A stretch of DNA of 40,114 nucleotides, from positions 1-40,114 of the forward strand of contig JYFJ02004355.1 of the NCBI GenBank assembly GCA_000934665.2, written 5' to 3'. Below the pieces are notes generated by a model, which made no database searches, was not told the origin of the DNA, and worked only from the letters and a program-made list of their open reading frames with translations. Source of the stretch: Catajapyx aquilonaris (lineage: Eukaryota). Made by a program: the position numbers and the translations under genes. Each line of letters starts with the position of its first letter. Within the stretch, counting starts at the first letter, position 1. Shown in pieces: positions 10,120 to 20,172 of this stretch.

Positions 10120-13100
10120 TATTTATTTAAAAAAATTGCTGAGTAAGCCGCGAGCCGCATGCGGGCACAAAATTTACTATAGGCGAAAATATCCCGTATT
10201 ATACTTTCAGCCTCAGTCGAAGCGCAGATTAAAATATTAAACAGAAAGTAAATTTAAAAACTAGGGCATTTCAACAAATTAACCACACTTACTTGAACAG
10301 TGGGTCAGATATAGACTTGGTTATGCCTTGAGCACAATCGGTAGCTTTTGCCCTAAGTAACCTATTCAAGCCGAATCTGTTGGCCTGTCGGTTAAACATG
10401 TTGTCAACTGGATGACAGATCATAAAACTCCGCAGAAAATATACTAGGTCGACCTGGTTTTGCGACTACGTAAATAATAAAACAGGCCATAACACTCTTT
10501 TCCTGTCCAAACAGCCCTATTGCACCTTTAAAGTAATGCCTTCCAAAACTATGAAGTGTAAACCCATAATCATTATCAACAAGAATATCCCGAAATACAA
10601 ACATATAGAAACTAACCAGCACAATCGAGCATGAAATGTCAGCAAGCTGACTTATTAAGCCCCCACGTTAGAGCAATAGGCACTCTTTTGAATCCTAACT
10701 GGAGGAGGATAATATAGACACTGTGGGGTCAAAGTTGACAATCGTGCTGGAAATTCCAGCACAAACGTAGTGCTCACAGCAGGGATCGCACATGTAGAAT
10801 ATTTGAATCTGTAGTTTTAAAAAAAATCACTCTTTGACATCACCTTTTGCTTCCCCCTACACAAAGGCAAGAGCCTGTGCTGATGCTGCACATGGCGGCA
10901 CATCTTCACTGTAGTTATGTTTTTTTGAAAGAAAAAGTGTTGTGGGTCCCCAGCAGCGACAGCCAGCCTGCAGTCATAGCAGGAGTGCCGAGGAAGCTCG
11001 GGCCAAGAGTAGCTTCCTGCTGTCCCGCCCTTATCGATCTAGTAGAAAGAGATATATTTACCACGAAGGGGGAGGGAAAGAGGAGGCTCTCGCCTTATTG
11101 CAGAAACCTTTCATTCGCAGAGATGCTGGATGCAGAGGGAGGAAAAAGAAGCCACAGATGTCCTCAAACTTGGCTGAAAAGAATATATGCTTTTTTTTGT
11201 CCAAAAGTGTCACCTGGCGGCAGATAAGTTGACCGAAAGGAAGATGGTAGCTTGTAAAATTGCGTTGTGCGTATTGGAACACTACTTTATTTGTTATTTG
11301 CAGTTGTGCGAATATACATGCTCAATAGCTTGGAAACCGCGGCTTTAAACCATTCTGTAGAAAGATATTTACCTTCCGTCATAAAGTGCAACGAGGTTTA
11401 AGTTAGCATGCCAAGGCGCGCTCGTAGGTTTTATATCGTCATGAAATGCTCATATCCACATAGATGCATTCCATTTTAGTACCTGCTAGTAGGATGGTAC
11501 GTATTTATGATGTGGATGCGTTCCAAGCACATTTAGTCAATAATGCACAGCTTAAATATTTCAGTTCGTGCTTGTCCGCGTCACCTACAAACTGACGAGA
11601 GAGGCTGCAAGTAACCAGGCGGGAATAACAAGACGGATTTATCCACGCTTCTGCTCGTTGCGTTATGGATGCTGCACTGCATTGCAGCTATACTTGCCTT
11701 TGACAACATGCTTGGCAAACACGGTGCACAGTTTAACTATAATTGCTAATAAACCTGTTGATACCCACGTATACGGTTGAATTCCAGAGATTGTAAATCA
11801 CGTGAGGTCAATCGGCTCGTTTGTTCATAATGAGGGTTTGAAAGTGATATATAACCTATCGTATAGACAGACTTGAGTACGTTACAAAGTGGGCGTTAAA
11901 AAAGTGGAAAAACTTACAAGTGAGATGTTCTTTCTGTGCGAGAACGATTTTTTTAAATGAGCACAGTAGGGACTCTAAGCCTGCTTTATACTAGGAAAGT
12001 ATGTTTCATTTTTGAAATGAAAGTGTGCAGTTCTTTCAAAAGTTGGTAGCAGTCACTTAACGGAAATACGGATCGCTTAAGAAGGAAGTTAAGAAACGTA
12101 CTTTTCGACTATCGATTTTTTACTACCCCTTGAAAAAAAAAAAATCTTCTGCCCACTTCTCCATGATGTAGAAAAAGAGGAGAACTATATAGAAATTAAT
12201 CTGATTGAATGCATATTATACAGCCATGATTGGGGCGTATAGCAAGGATATCAAGTAACTTTACAAATTACAATAGCTGCATTATCTACCTCTATTTAGG
12301 TCAGAGCATCCTTCTTCATACTGTAAAGTACTTCTATTGGCCATTTTTAAAAAAGAGGTCTTATAAGCACACTTTGTCTGTTATTGAAGTCAAAAACACT
12401 GATATAATGCGGGAACTAAAAGTAAATTTGAACTGTTGTTTTTATGCCTTGGGATATTAAATAGAAAGACCTGAAGTGCAAAACAATATATTAGGGTCAC
12501 ATTTTGGGCAAAATTGAGTTATATATAGATATCCCCGCATCAGCAAGTCTTGGAATGGTACGTTCTTGTGGTAGAGTGAATTTTTTAATAAGCTTAGAAT
12601 ATACGGTATTGTAGATTGAGTGGGTGAGAATTAAAAGGGCACAAGATCACCTCTTTTTTCAAAATGAAGGTGCTGGTTGGTAAATATAGAAAAGATGAAA
12701 AAGATGAAGAGGCAGCAGTGAATAGGGTGATTATGTTTTAAATCCCATTGAAGCTAATAGAAACCTCCAGCACTTCAAGAAAGGGAGCCTATTCAGATAG
12801 AAAAGAGTTCACATCCGGCTTGGTTATTGTTCTAAAAGGGGCGGAGAGAGAATGAAGCACCAGGTGATCAGGTCTGAAGGTAAAAAGAATCTTGACTGGA
12901 AAGTTTAGAAATAGACTGCTTATATCCGTTTAGCGGCGGTTTTTTAAACCCTTCTGTGAAGTTGAGAGAAGTGGATTTGGGCCCTTTTCATTTTCACAGA
13001 CTCAATTACAGTCCTCTTCAGAGAAATTTTAGAAAAAATAATAAATCTCGTAAGAGAAACAGAATCTTTAAATGTAATAATAATTCATACCCCGTTATCA

Positions 13101-13180
13101 GCCATTTTTCGGCTCTTTAGGGGGGAAGTTTGTTTTGCCTGGAACTCTTTGCATGCTTTTCATTTTACTGTGCTCTTTGG

Positions 13181-13296
13181 GATAGGATAGGGACGGAAGG
13201 AAGCGGCTGTGGCCTATTGATTACGGAAACAACTCCGGAATTTTCCTGGAAGGACCGTGGGAAACCACAGAAAACCACGTTCAGAGTTGCCGGCCA
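13181..13296 (-). mobile_element. Diverged partial copy of SINE family A (body only)
   Basis: GGAAGGAAGCGGCTGTGGCCTA...CCGTGGGAAACCACAGAAAACCACG matches the bodies of the two full copies. Confidence 0.75.
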
Positions 13297-13536
13297 TTAT
13301 GCACTGCAAATACATTATTAATTTATTATTAAAATGAGTATTCAAAATACGCAAACTTTTCTTCAAAAAAGACGCTCACAATATACGGTAATTTTTTTGT
13401 GCCTCATGTTTATCTCTTTCTTGCTCCCGTGTGGCTATGGAGCTGAGATGGAAGGACTGCGTGACTACAAGTAATGGCGGAGGACGTTTGTGATATTATT
13501 ACGATAACCATTCACAGTAGTAACACAGGCCTAGAG

Positions 13537-13568
13537 CATAGATATTAAAGGTAACCTTTAATATCTTG
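13537..13568. mobile_element. 32-bp TIR-only hAT-like relic with 8-bp TSD
   Basis: CATAGATATTAAAGG-TAA-CCTTTAATATCTTG flanked by GCCTAGAG / GTCTAGAG. Confidence 0.55.
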
Positions 13569-14670
13569 GTCTAGAGAATAAAAGAGAGGCGTCCCCTGGC
13601 GTCCCTGTGTAAACACTATGCTTTTAGCTAGTCGTCCTAATCTTACTGGCCTTCTACTCGATGAGACATGATGTTCACATAATTGCACATAAGTTCAGGA
13701 GAAATATTGAAAACTAACAAATAGGAGGGCGACCTGGTGTAGAGGCGCTGCATCTTTTGGTAAGTCGTGAATAAAACAAAACACGTAGTTCTGCACGTCA
13801 TTTTGGCCAAATCCACTTTGCAATGCCATAGATAGAGTAGCCCAAGTCCCGCTCAGCGACGCAAAACAAAAATGGTGCTAAGAATATAGAAGGAAGGACA
13901 AGGAGGTCTGGGCCTATATAAAAAGTGATTTTTAGAAAGGTTTTGGAGTCCCTCTTGAAAAGTGTGCAAAGTGCTTGGACATGGGCTAGTTCTGATGCGG
14001 AGCGGCGAGCAGAATCCCGCAGTATTAAAAGTGCTCAATATTGACGCTTTTTCCGAAGGAAATATTGTTCTTTCAGAAAATGCACTCTCTGCATTCGATG
14101 TCAGGCTCGACTGCTCATCTCGGAATTATTTATGGCACTTGAATACACGTGCGTGCTATAGAGAATGTCACAGAAAATACTCGTACATCATTTAAGCGAC
14201 TAGATCGGAAGCTTCTATACCTGTGACGTAATCATGCCACTTCACGGGTTTCCAATAAGGCACGCTGCATCACTTACATGCCATCACAGAATATGTTAAT
14301 GCATGCGTAGTTTCTAGATGCAAGGGGCAAATTCGCATGTACTGTCATTCCCACTCTGGAGACGGGGAAAGTGCTCATTTTTTCCGTCTCCAGTTACGGT
14401 TTGGTGACGGGTCATTATTATGTGGACATTCCCGGCCTTTTCTTATTTTCATTGTGGGTTCTTATCTCGGCGATGAAATAAATTTAACGGTCATAATAAT
14501 TATAACACTGTGATATGAGGCCCCGTACCAATGCCGTAGTGCCAAAAATGTTATTGTATAATGTCCCGTCCGAGGTCCCGTCTCTAAGCCGAGACCCTGG
14601 CCTAGAAAATTCGAGTACTTGTCTCTTCTCCCATATCGAAACACGGATTAGACTGCAGGCATGACGTTAC

Positions 14671-14905
14671 TTTATACAGTAATTGATATTGGGGAGGTTG
14701 GCCCAGCATTGCCTTTAAACCTCCAAGGATAGGGAAGGAAGGAAGCGGCTGTGGCCTATTATACGGAATCGACCCCAGAATTATCCTAGAAAGACCGTGG
14801 AAAACCACAGACAACCACGGTCAGGATCGTCGGCCCCGGGATTCGAACCCAGGACCTCCCGATTAGCAGTCGGACGCCTTATCCACCATGCCACCCTGCT
14901 TCGGT
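14671..14905 (-). mobile_element. tRNA-derived SINE (family A, copy 2)
   Basis: Same A and B boxes as copy 1. Perfect 13-bp TSD GGCATGACGTTAC at 14658-14670 and 14906-14918. Confidence 0.92.
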
Positions 14906-15349
14906 GGCATGACGTTACCAGAGCTAATTTATTATCTCAAACAAAAGTTCAATTTCCAGTTAGGAGCCGTAATTGTAGTAACTTTAAAAGAACACCGTCC
15001 TGCTGCGTTTATGGAACAAACAAAACAAACAACCCATCACAACATTTCCGGCCTATAAAAGGAATAGTCACTGATGAACCAAGTGACGCAAGGTATAACT
15101 TACAAACATCCAGTGGACTTAGAAAAACCCCAACCTAGACTTGAAATTAGCCTATCATCAAAGACGTAAATATACTGGGTAAGGCACATTATTTTTAAGC
15201 AAAATGAAAGGACATTCTCAGAAATTACTGATCACCACCCTTAAATAACTTACTCCAATTACACCTACCCAAACACATAACCGTAGCCTATGCCTTGTCC
15301 ATGGTCCTCTACGCAAAGACGAAGCTTTAGCATAGTATAGGGCACAGGC

Positions 15350-15720
15350 ACACCCTTACACTTTTAAAAGAGATTCACATGGTCCAGTCATGTTTTTCTA
15401 GGTGTCTACTCCGTCCCTTACCAATATTACCTTCAAGGGGGTAACCACTTCGGTGCTCCGGTGCATACACATGCGAGTGGTACTCCCATGTACTCCTTAG
15501 GTACACTACCTTACTCTTTGATACTCCTTGGTACCCCTTGAATTTGGTACTCCAGTGTACACTTTTCAGTAGAGTGGTTACCCCCTTGCTTACCTTATTA
15601 CATCAGGGTAAACCTTCTTCACAATTATTTCCTCCTCCTTAATCCTCTTAGAAAGACGGAACCATCCTGCACTCCTTATCCTCGCTGACACCACACCTCT
15701 GCAAGCTCTCATTCCTATAA
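15350..15720 (-). mobile_element. Degraded 3' fragment of an RTE-clade LINE ORF, interrupted by a MITE
   Basis: Minus-strand translation ...AGWFRLSKRIKEEEIIVKKVY... resembles the RTE ORF2 C-terminal LRWFGHVxRM...VKKVY motif, followed by a degenerate GxRxRGRP-like region. Confidence 0.45.
15434..15588. mobile_element. 155-bp MITE with 16-bp TIRs and 8-bp TSD (hAT-like)
   Basis: CAAGGGGGTAACCACT / AGTGGTTACCCCCTTG, flanked by ATTACCTT / CTTACCTT. Internal GTACTCC repeats. Confidence 0.85.
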
Positions 15721-15726
15721 GCATTA

Positions 15727-16606
15727 TCTCTATCTCTATAAATAAGGAGAGTTTGTTTGTTTGTCCCTTATAGAAATTCAGGGGAAAGCCCCTACACCGC
15801 CTTAAATTAGCATATCGGGGGTTACATTTTCCCAAGGAATCTAACGCCGCATGTTTCAGCTTCCGAAAATGTACCTAACTCCCACAACACACATATTCCC
15901 GAATCTTCTCTCTTCTCGGGCCTTAACAATTAACTTACATAAAAATCAATTAACAACATATCAATTCACATTCCCATGGAAATGCCCTTATGCAACTTCA
16001 ATACCTAGCAAATTAAACCATCGCCGGTAAATTCAACGCATGCACCAATTACGCTAATAATTGGCCACCTCACGTGAGTTCGTATCGTATGGTCATTCCG
16101 GGATTTCGTGGGATTAGAAAGTAGACTTCCAGACAAAAATAAATACAATAAAATAATACAGTATTTACTAATATTACTCCGTGTTGAAAATATTTCTTCC
16201 ACCATGCATCTGTACGTCTGTACGTACATTTCTAGAGTTCTTCAAAGCAAACATATGGAACGAGATGGAGGTGTGAAGTGGGGTTGGGGGGTCAAGGGGT
16301 CAAAAATGCAGGGGGGAAAAACACACGGCTGTGCAGTCTTTTCTTGGGCCAACTCCATCCGCAATCCTCTTTTTACACATCCAATCAGAATATCTGTGTC
16401 GACTACACTATAAGACAAGCAGGTAATCTATCACAGAGAGTGACAAACTTTGGCTTATTGCAACTTATAAGGCCTATTTTAAGACATATCGAGTTTCGAG
16501 TGTACGGAAGGGAAATTTTTACAAACAAACACACTTCCTAAAATAGTGTATATGTACCCCTTACCAGCACCCCAACATACCCGGGCAACGCCGGGTAACC
16601 TGCTAG
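15727..16606 (+). mobile_element. Non-autonomous Helitron
   Basis: 5' A|TCTCTATCTCTATAAAT...(TTTG)n. 3' hairpin CCCGGGCAACGCCGGG followed by CTAG|T. Confidence 0.8.
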
Positions 16607-16739
16607 TACATTATAAGAGCAAAAACATTCCCTTCAGTAAAAAAAGGTAGTAAGAACTCCATGGGGGAATGAAAGTACTGAAAGAAACGTAAGACCTTCA
16701 CCAATTGATTTAAGCTGTACCATAGGTCTTAAGGTGTGT

Positions 16740-18207
16740 TTACATGAGAACGATTTGACGAACGAAATCTTCGCCGAGGCAGTAGGAATACTTACTCTGC
16801 GTAGAAATTGATGGACTTTTTGGTGCCTGCTGAGTGCCAGACAGAGGTGGGAGGGAAGGTTGAGTAGATGGAGACTGAGATGATTGAACCTGAGGTGCTG
16901 GAGGATGAGGAGAGGTGGGTGGAGGCGCCCATTGCTGCAACATGGCCCGAACAACCTGCAAAGAATGAAACAATGATATTTGCATGAGCTAACAACTTCT
17001 CGTTTCCCTCAAAAGGAGCTTTTGCAATATACTGTCTCAGGCAATTCCTAACAACATATTGACATGTGCAGAAACATGTTGATAAATATTGGTTAAAATT
17101 TGCAGTGAACCAATGAGGAGCAGAAACGACACGCATCCTTTTCCTTTTGGTCCGCCCTACACAACATCCTAACCGCAACAGATTTTAAAGCAAAGAAACA
17201 AACTGCAAGGTACAGGGAACTAAGGTGAGATATTCCCCACACACCTGTGCATGTGCAACTCGATGTGTCTTCTCGTGTGTGCGAGCATTTGCTGGCTGGG
17301 CGAACCTCTTGGTGCAGAAGCGGCATTTAAATGGCCTGTTCCCAGTGTGGACATTGAGATGGTACTTCAGGTACCATTTCTCTGGAAAGACCTTCCCACA
17401 GAAGGGGCATGGATGTGACCCATTTTGTGGGGGAGGTGCTGTTGACACACTGGGAGGGGGAAGGGTCGGCCTGACCTCAGACAATGGAGATTCCAGAGGA
17501 GGTGTGACAGAATTTTCCGATAAAGATGCTTCAGCCTGGTCTGCCACATCATGTTTATCTTCTCCGTGGTCTTGTTCGAGTTGCTGTGGAATTTCAGGTG
17601 GTGGTCCCATTGTGCCAATACCTCCATTCCCAGCTGAAAGTATTGCAGAAGCTAATTCAGTTTTACAGTACATAGCAATAATTTTCATTCCCTTATGTCT
17701 AAGAAAATTCTGAATTACTCATTGAAATTGTCAAAAAATTGCTTGGGAATCTCTGCATAATATTCACTCAACCTGCAGAGTGTAATTTTTATTTCTCTCA
17801 TAAGTAGTTATTATGGCTCTGATGCAAATGAACATGATCATCACAGTCTTACCTCCAGCTAGCTCAAGCCTAAGCATGGCTCCCAATGCAAAGATGTCCC
17901 TAATTTCTGTGAGAGATGCCTTGAGGCACCCACTATAAAGCAGCTCCACCAGCTTTTTCGCAGTGGAAACAGACACACCAGGTAACACCAACGTGGCGGG
18001 GTCATCTGGAGCACCTTCCGCAGCCCTCTCTTCGAGGATCTGCTTCAAAAAGGGGCTGACAGATGCCAGCACCAGCCGGTGTGCTTTTACCCTCCCCTCT
18101 TCACACGCCAGCTGAACATCAACAAATGACCCTTCTTCAAGCAGACCACGGAGACTCCCATTGAGGGCACCACATCCGTCACTACTGTGCAGCCACACAC
18201 GCTCCAT
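16740..18207 (-). CDS. BTB/POZ (tramtrack-type) C2H2 zinc-finger transcription factor
   Basis: Coding exons: 18207-17853 (BTB: FVDVQLACEEGRVKAHRLVLASVSPFL), 17633-17245 (two C2H2 fingers with TGNRPF linker), 16955-16740 (Pro/Ser/Gln tail). Phases 1 and 0 are consistent. Probable non-coding first exon ~22870-22379 (donor GTGAGT) spliced to an acceptor at 18230. Confidence 0.9.
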
Positions 18208-19663
18208 CTTATGGCAGGTCACAAACTGTTCTGCAATAGAGTTCTAAATATTACAACCTTGAATTTATCATCATCCATTTTTATAAATGATTTGCAGAAA
18301 AAATGCATGCAAAATAAAGTGACATGGTGTCAATGCTGGCTGCAGGTAGATTATTATTACCCTAATTATTAAATCATTAGAACTTTGCGCAGACTCAGTT
18401 CATATCATTCATACAAGGGGAGTTCAATAATTTATTTTACTCCACTCAAACCATGTGGTAAGGAAACTAGGAGGTAACAACTATTTGCTGTATCAATGTA
18501 ATTAACATAATGTAAAATGCAAAGCAAGCTAAGCAATTAACAATGTGGTGTGGGTAAATTCATGTTTTTAACCAAGAAGGAAAAAAAGGCAGATGCCAGC
18601 CGAATCCTGCACCCTTATTTTCTGAAGTACTACTGAATCACTTTAAAAGTAAACCTCCAAAAATGTAGAAGGTCCACCCTCCAGCAGTACATTCCCAGAA
18701 TGTGTACATGTAAATTTCTACAGTTGCCACTACTGCCTTATGCTAAATAATAATAACCTCTTATAAAGGGATATACCGTGTTACTTTCAACCTACCCCTA
18801 CGTCAATGTAAAGGAGCACCAATTGATCCTGTTGAAAGCAATTGATGGCAGACACTGATTGGCACAATTCATGACAATTCACAAGGGCTTGCCACACCAC
18901 CTATAAAAAATATCATCCATTGCCTGTGATATCTTGTCAAGACCTATATAAAATATCAAGTTTAAGCCCTGCGTCTTCAACATTCAAAAATCCAGCTAAT
19001 ATATTATTATAAAATGATGTATGCTAAAACTGATGGAAAACATCTAGAAACATTCCATAACACTGGAGAATTGCATTATATTCCTTTCATAGTGATATAG
19101 GTAATACTTCGTTACACAGCGCAATAAAATAAAAGCTGCCTTCTTTGAAACCGTTTTTATCCTATTGCAATAATGCTGGATTGGGAAATTGCTGGTTCTT
19201 TGCTTGCTGTATAATATCATAAACCTTTGGAAGGAAAGAGCAGCCTGCACCAATTGGTGACCCTTAGCCCTTACGACTGCGACTGAAACTGGTGATAAAA
19301 CCTCCTTATGTAGATCACTTTAGAGGTACGTGCAATGATGATTATCCTGATCCCTGTGCCCTTTACAAATTCTCACAATTTTTTTCCATGTCAAAACCAA
19401 ATAATTTCAACTCGATTAGTAAATCAAACCATTTTATGGAATAACAGGCGATAATTTTTAAAGATCCACCCTCAATGGCCTCTGTAATTTACTGCCAACT
19501 TAATCATCCTTACAGTAATATAATGTTCTTAGATTTTACTTGCCTAATACCTAATCTCGCTACATATACATTAACCACCCCCACTTTTCAATGCAAATTA
19601 TGTGAAATGTCCATTGTACAGATTGTCCATTGTATTGAAGAGAAAACATGTATTATAAATTAA

Positions 19664-20172
19664 GGGCCTATTATAACTTGAAGTCTGCAATTGTAAATTT
19701 ATGCTATGTATAATATTTGACATTATGCAATTCTAAACTGATGGTCTATTATAATTTGACATGTCCAATTATTATAAACTGACAGCCTATTATAACTTGA
19801 TGTCTGCAATTATGACTTGATGTCCGAATATGTAATTTGACATCCACAATTATTTAAAAAAATTGGTGGCCTATTATAACTTGATATCTGCAATTATAAA
19901 TTGACAGTCTATTACAGGGCTTCCCAAACTGTGGGTCTTGGGGGTTGCAAGAGAGGGTAACAAAGTATTTTTACAAAATTATTCTCTCTCTCTGAAGAGA
20001 TATGCCCATAAATGACAAGATGTGTTAATTTAGCTACTATTGTCACTGACTACAGTTCAGGTGGGTAGGGTTGAATTGTAAATTAGCGGTTGCGAATTTT
20101 ACAAGACAATTTTCTGGGGTCGCCAACGAAAAAGATTGGGAAGCACTGGTCTATTATAACCTGACGTCTGCA
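19664..20172. repeat. Degenerate minisatellite (CTATTATAACTTGATGTCTGCAATT-like) interrupted by a hAT MITE
   Basis: Several imperfect units at 19664-19914, resuming at 20149. Confidence 0.65.
19915..20148. mobile_element. hAT-Charlie MITE (234 bp) with perfect 8-bp TSD
   Basis: TIRs CAGGGCTTCCCAAAC / GATTGGGAAGCACTG. TSD GTCTATTA at 19907-19914 and 20149-20156. Confidence 0.92.

Larger units (their letters stand above)
6054..11382 (-). pseudogene. TOP6BL: TOPOVIBL (type 2 DNA topoisomerase VI subunit B-like, meiotic SPO11 partner) unprocessed pseudogene or lesioned gene
   Basis: Manual GT-AG exon chain on the minus strand: 11382-11373 (ATG ACG GAA G|gtaaat), 11173-11108, 11038-10844, 10698-10617, 10465-10293, 7831-7715, 7310-7137, 6800-6776, 6545-6490, 6431-6403, 6316-6054, possibly 2361-~2260. 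Colinear motifs match my recollection of human TOP6BL: YDCRLAVAAG~LHCVTTIASAG, ALTW~KLTW, YFLRSFMICHP~HFLRKIIMVHP, DEVHY~DSQHY, LGVSPSSALL~LILTPAAAL, STVDWTRF~SLVDWKKY, EVSY~DVSY, EGHKLMIHFEVTF~QGQTLLLFLFVDF. Lesions are listed in the findings. Confidence 0.72.

Noticed and set aside
6054..10698. HORMA-domain (REV7/MAD2-like) identity for the hidden minus-strand gene
   Set aside because: Some motifs looked REV7-like (VDLVYFLR..HPV), but the fit needed extra frameshifts. TOP6BL explains more motifs in order and spacing (LTW, FLR...HP, DxxHY, PxxAL, VDW, VSY).
10847..11232. Plus-strand ORFs of 126 and 96 aa
   Set aside because: Antisense shadows of TOP6BL-like exons; the splice signals are on the minus strand.
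12560..13050. Degraded Penelope-like reverse transcriptase fragment on the minus strand (PFLEV..., W...HP)
   Set aside because: Similarity is too fragmentary to support without a profile search.
14830..14905. Genuine tRNA genes here, at ~9845-9916 and at 29350-29427
   Set aside because: Acceptor stems are poor and each is fused to a SINE body, two with TSDs.
17225..17713. 162-aa plus-strand ORF and similar antisense ORFs over TFIP11 and ZF exons
   Set aside because: Shadow frames of real exons on the opposite strand.
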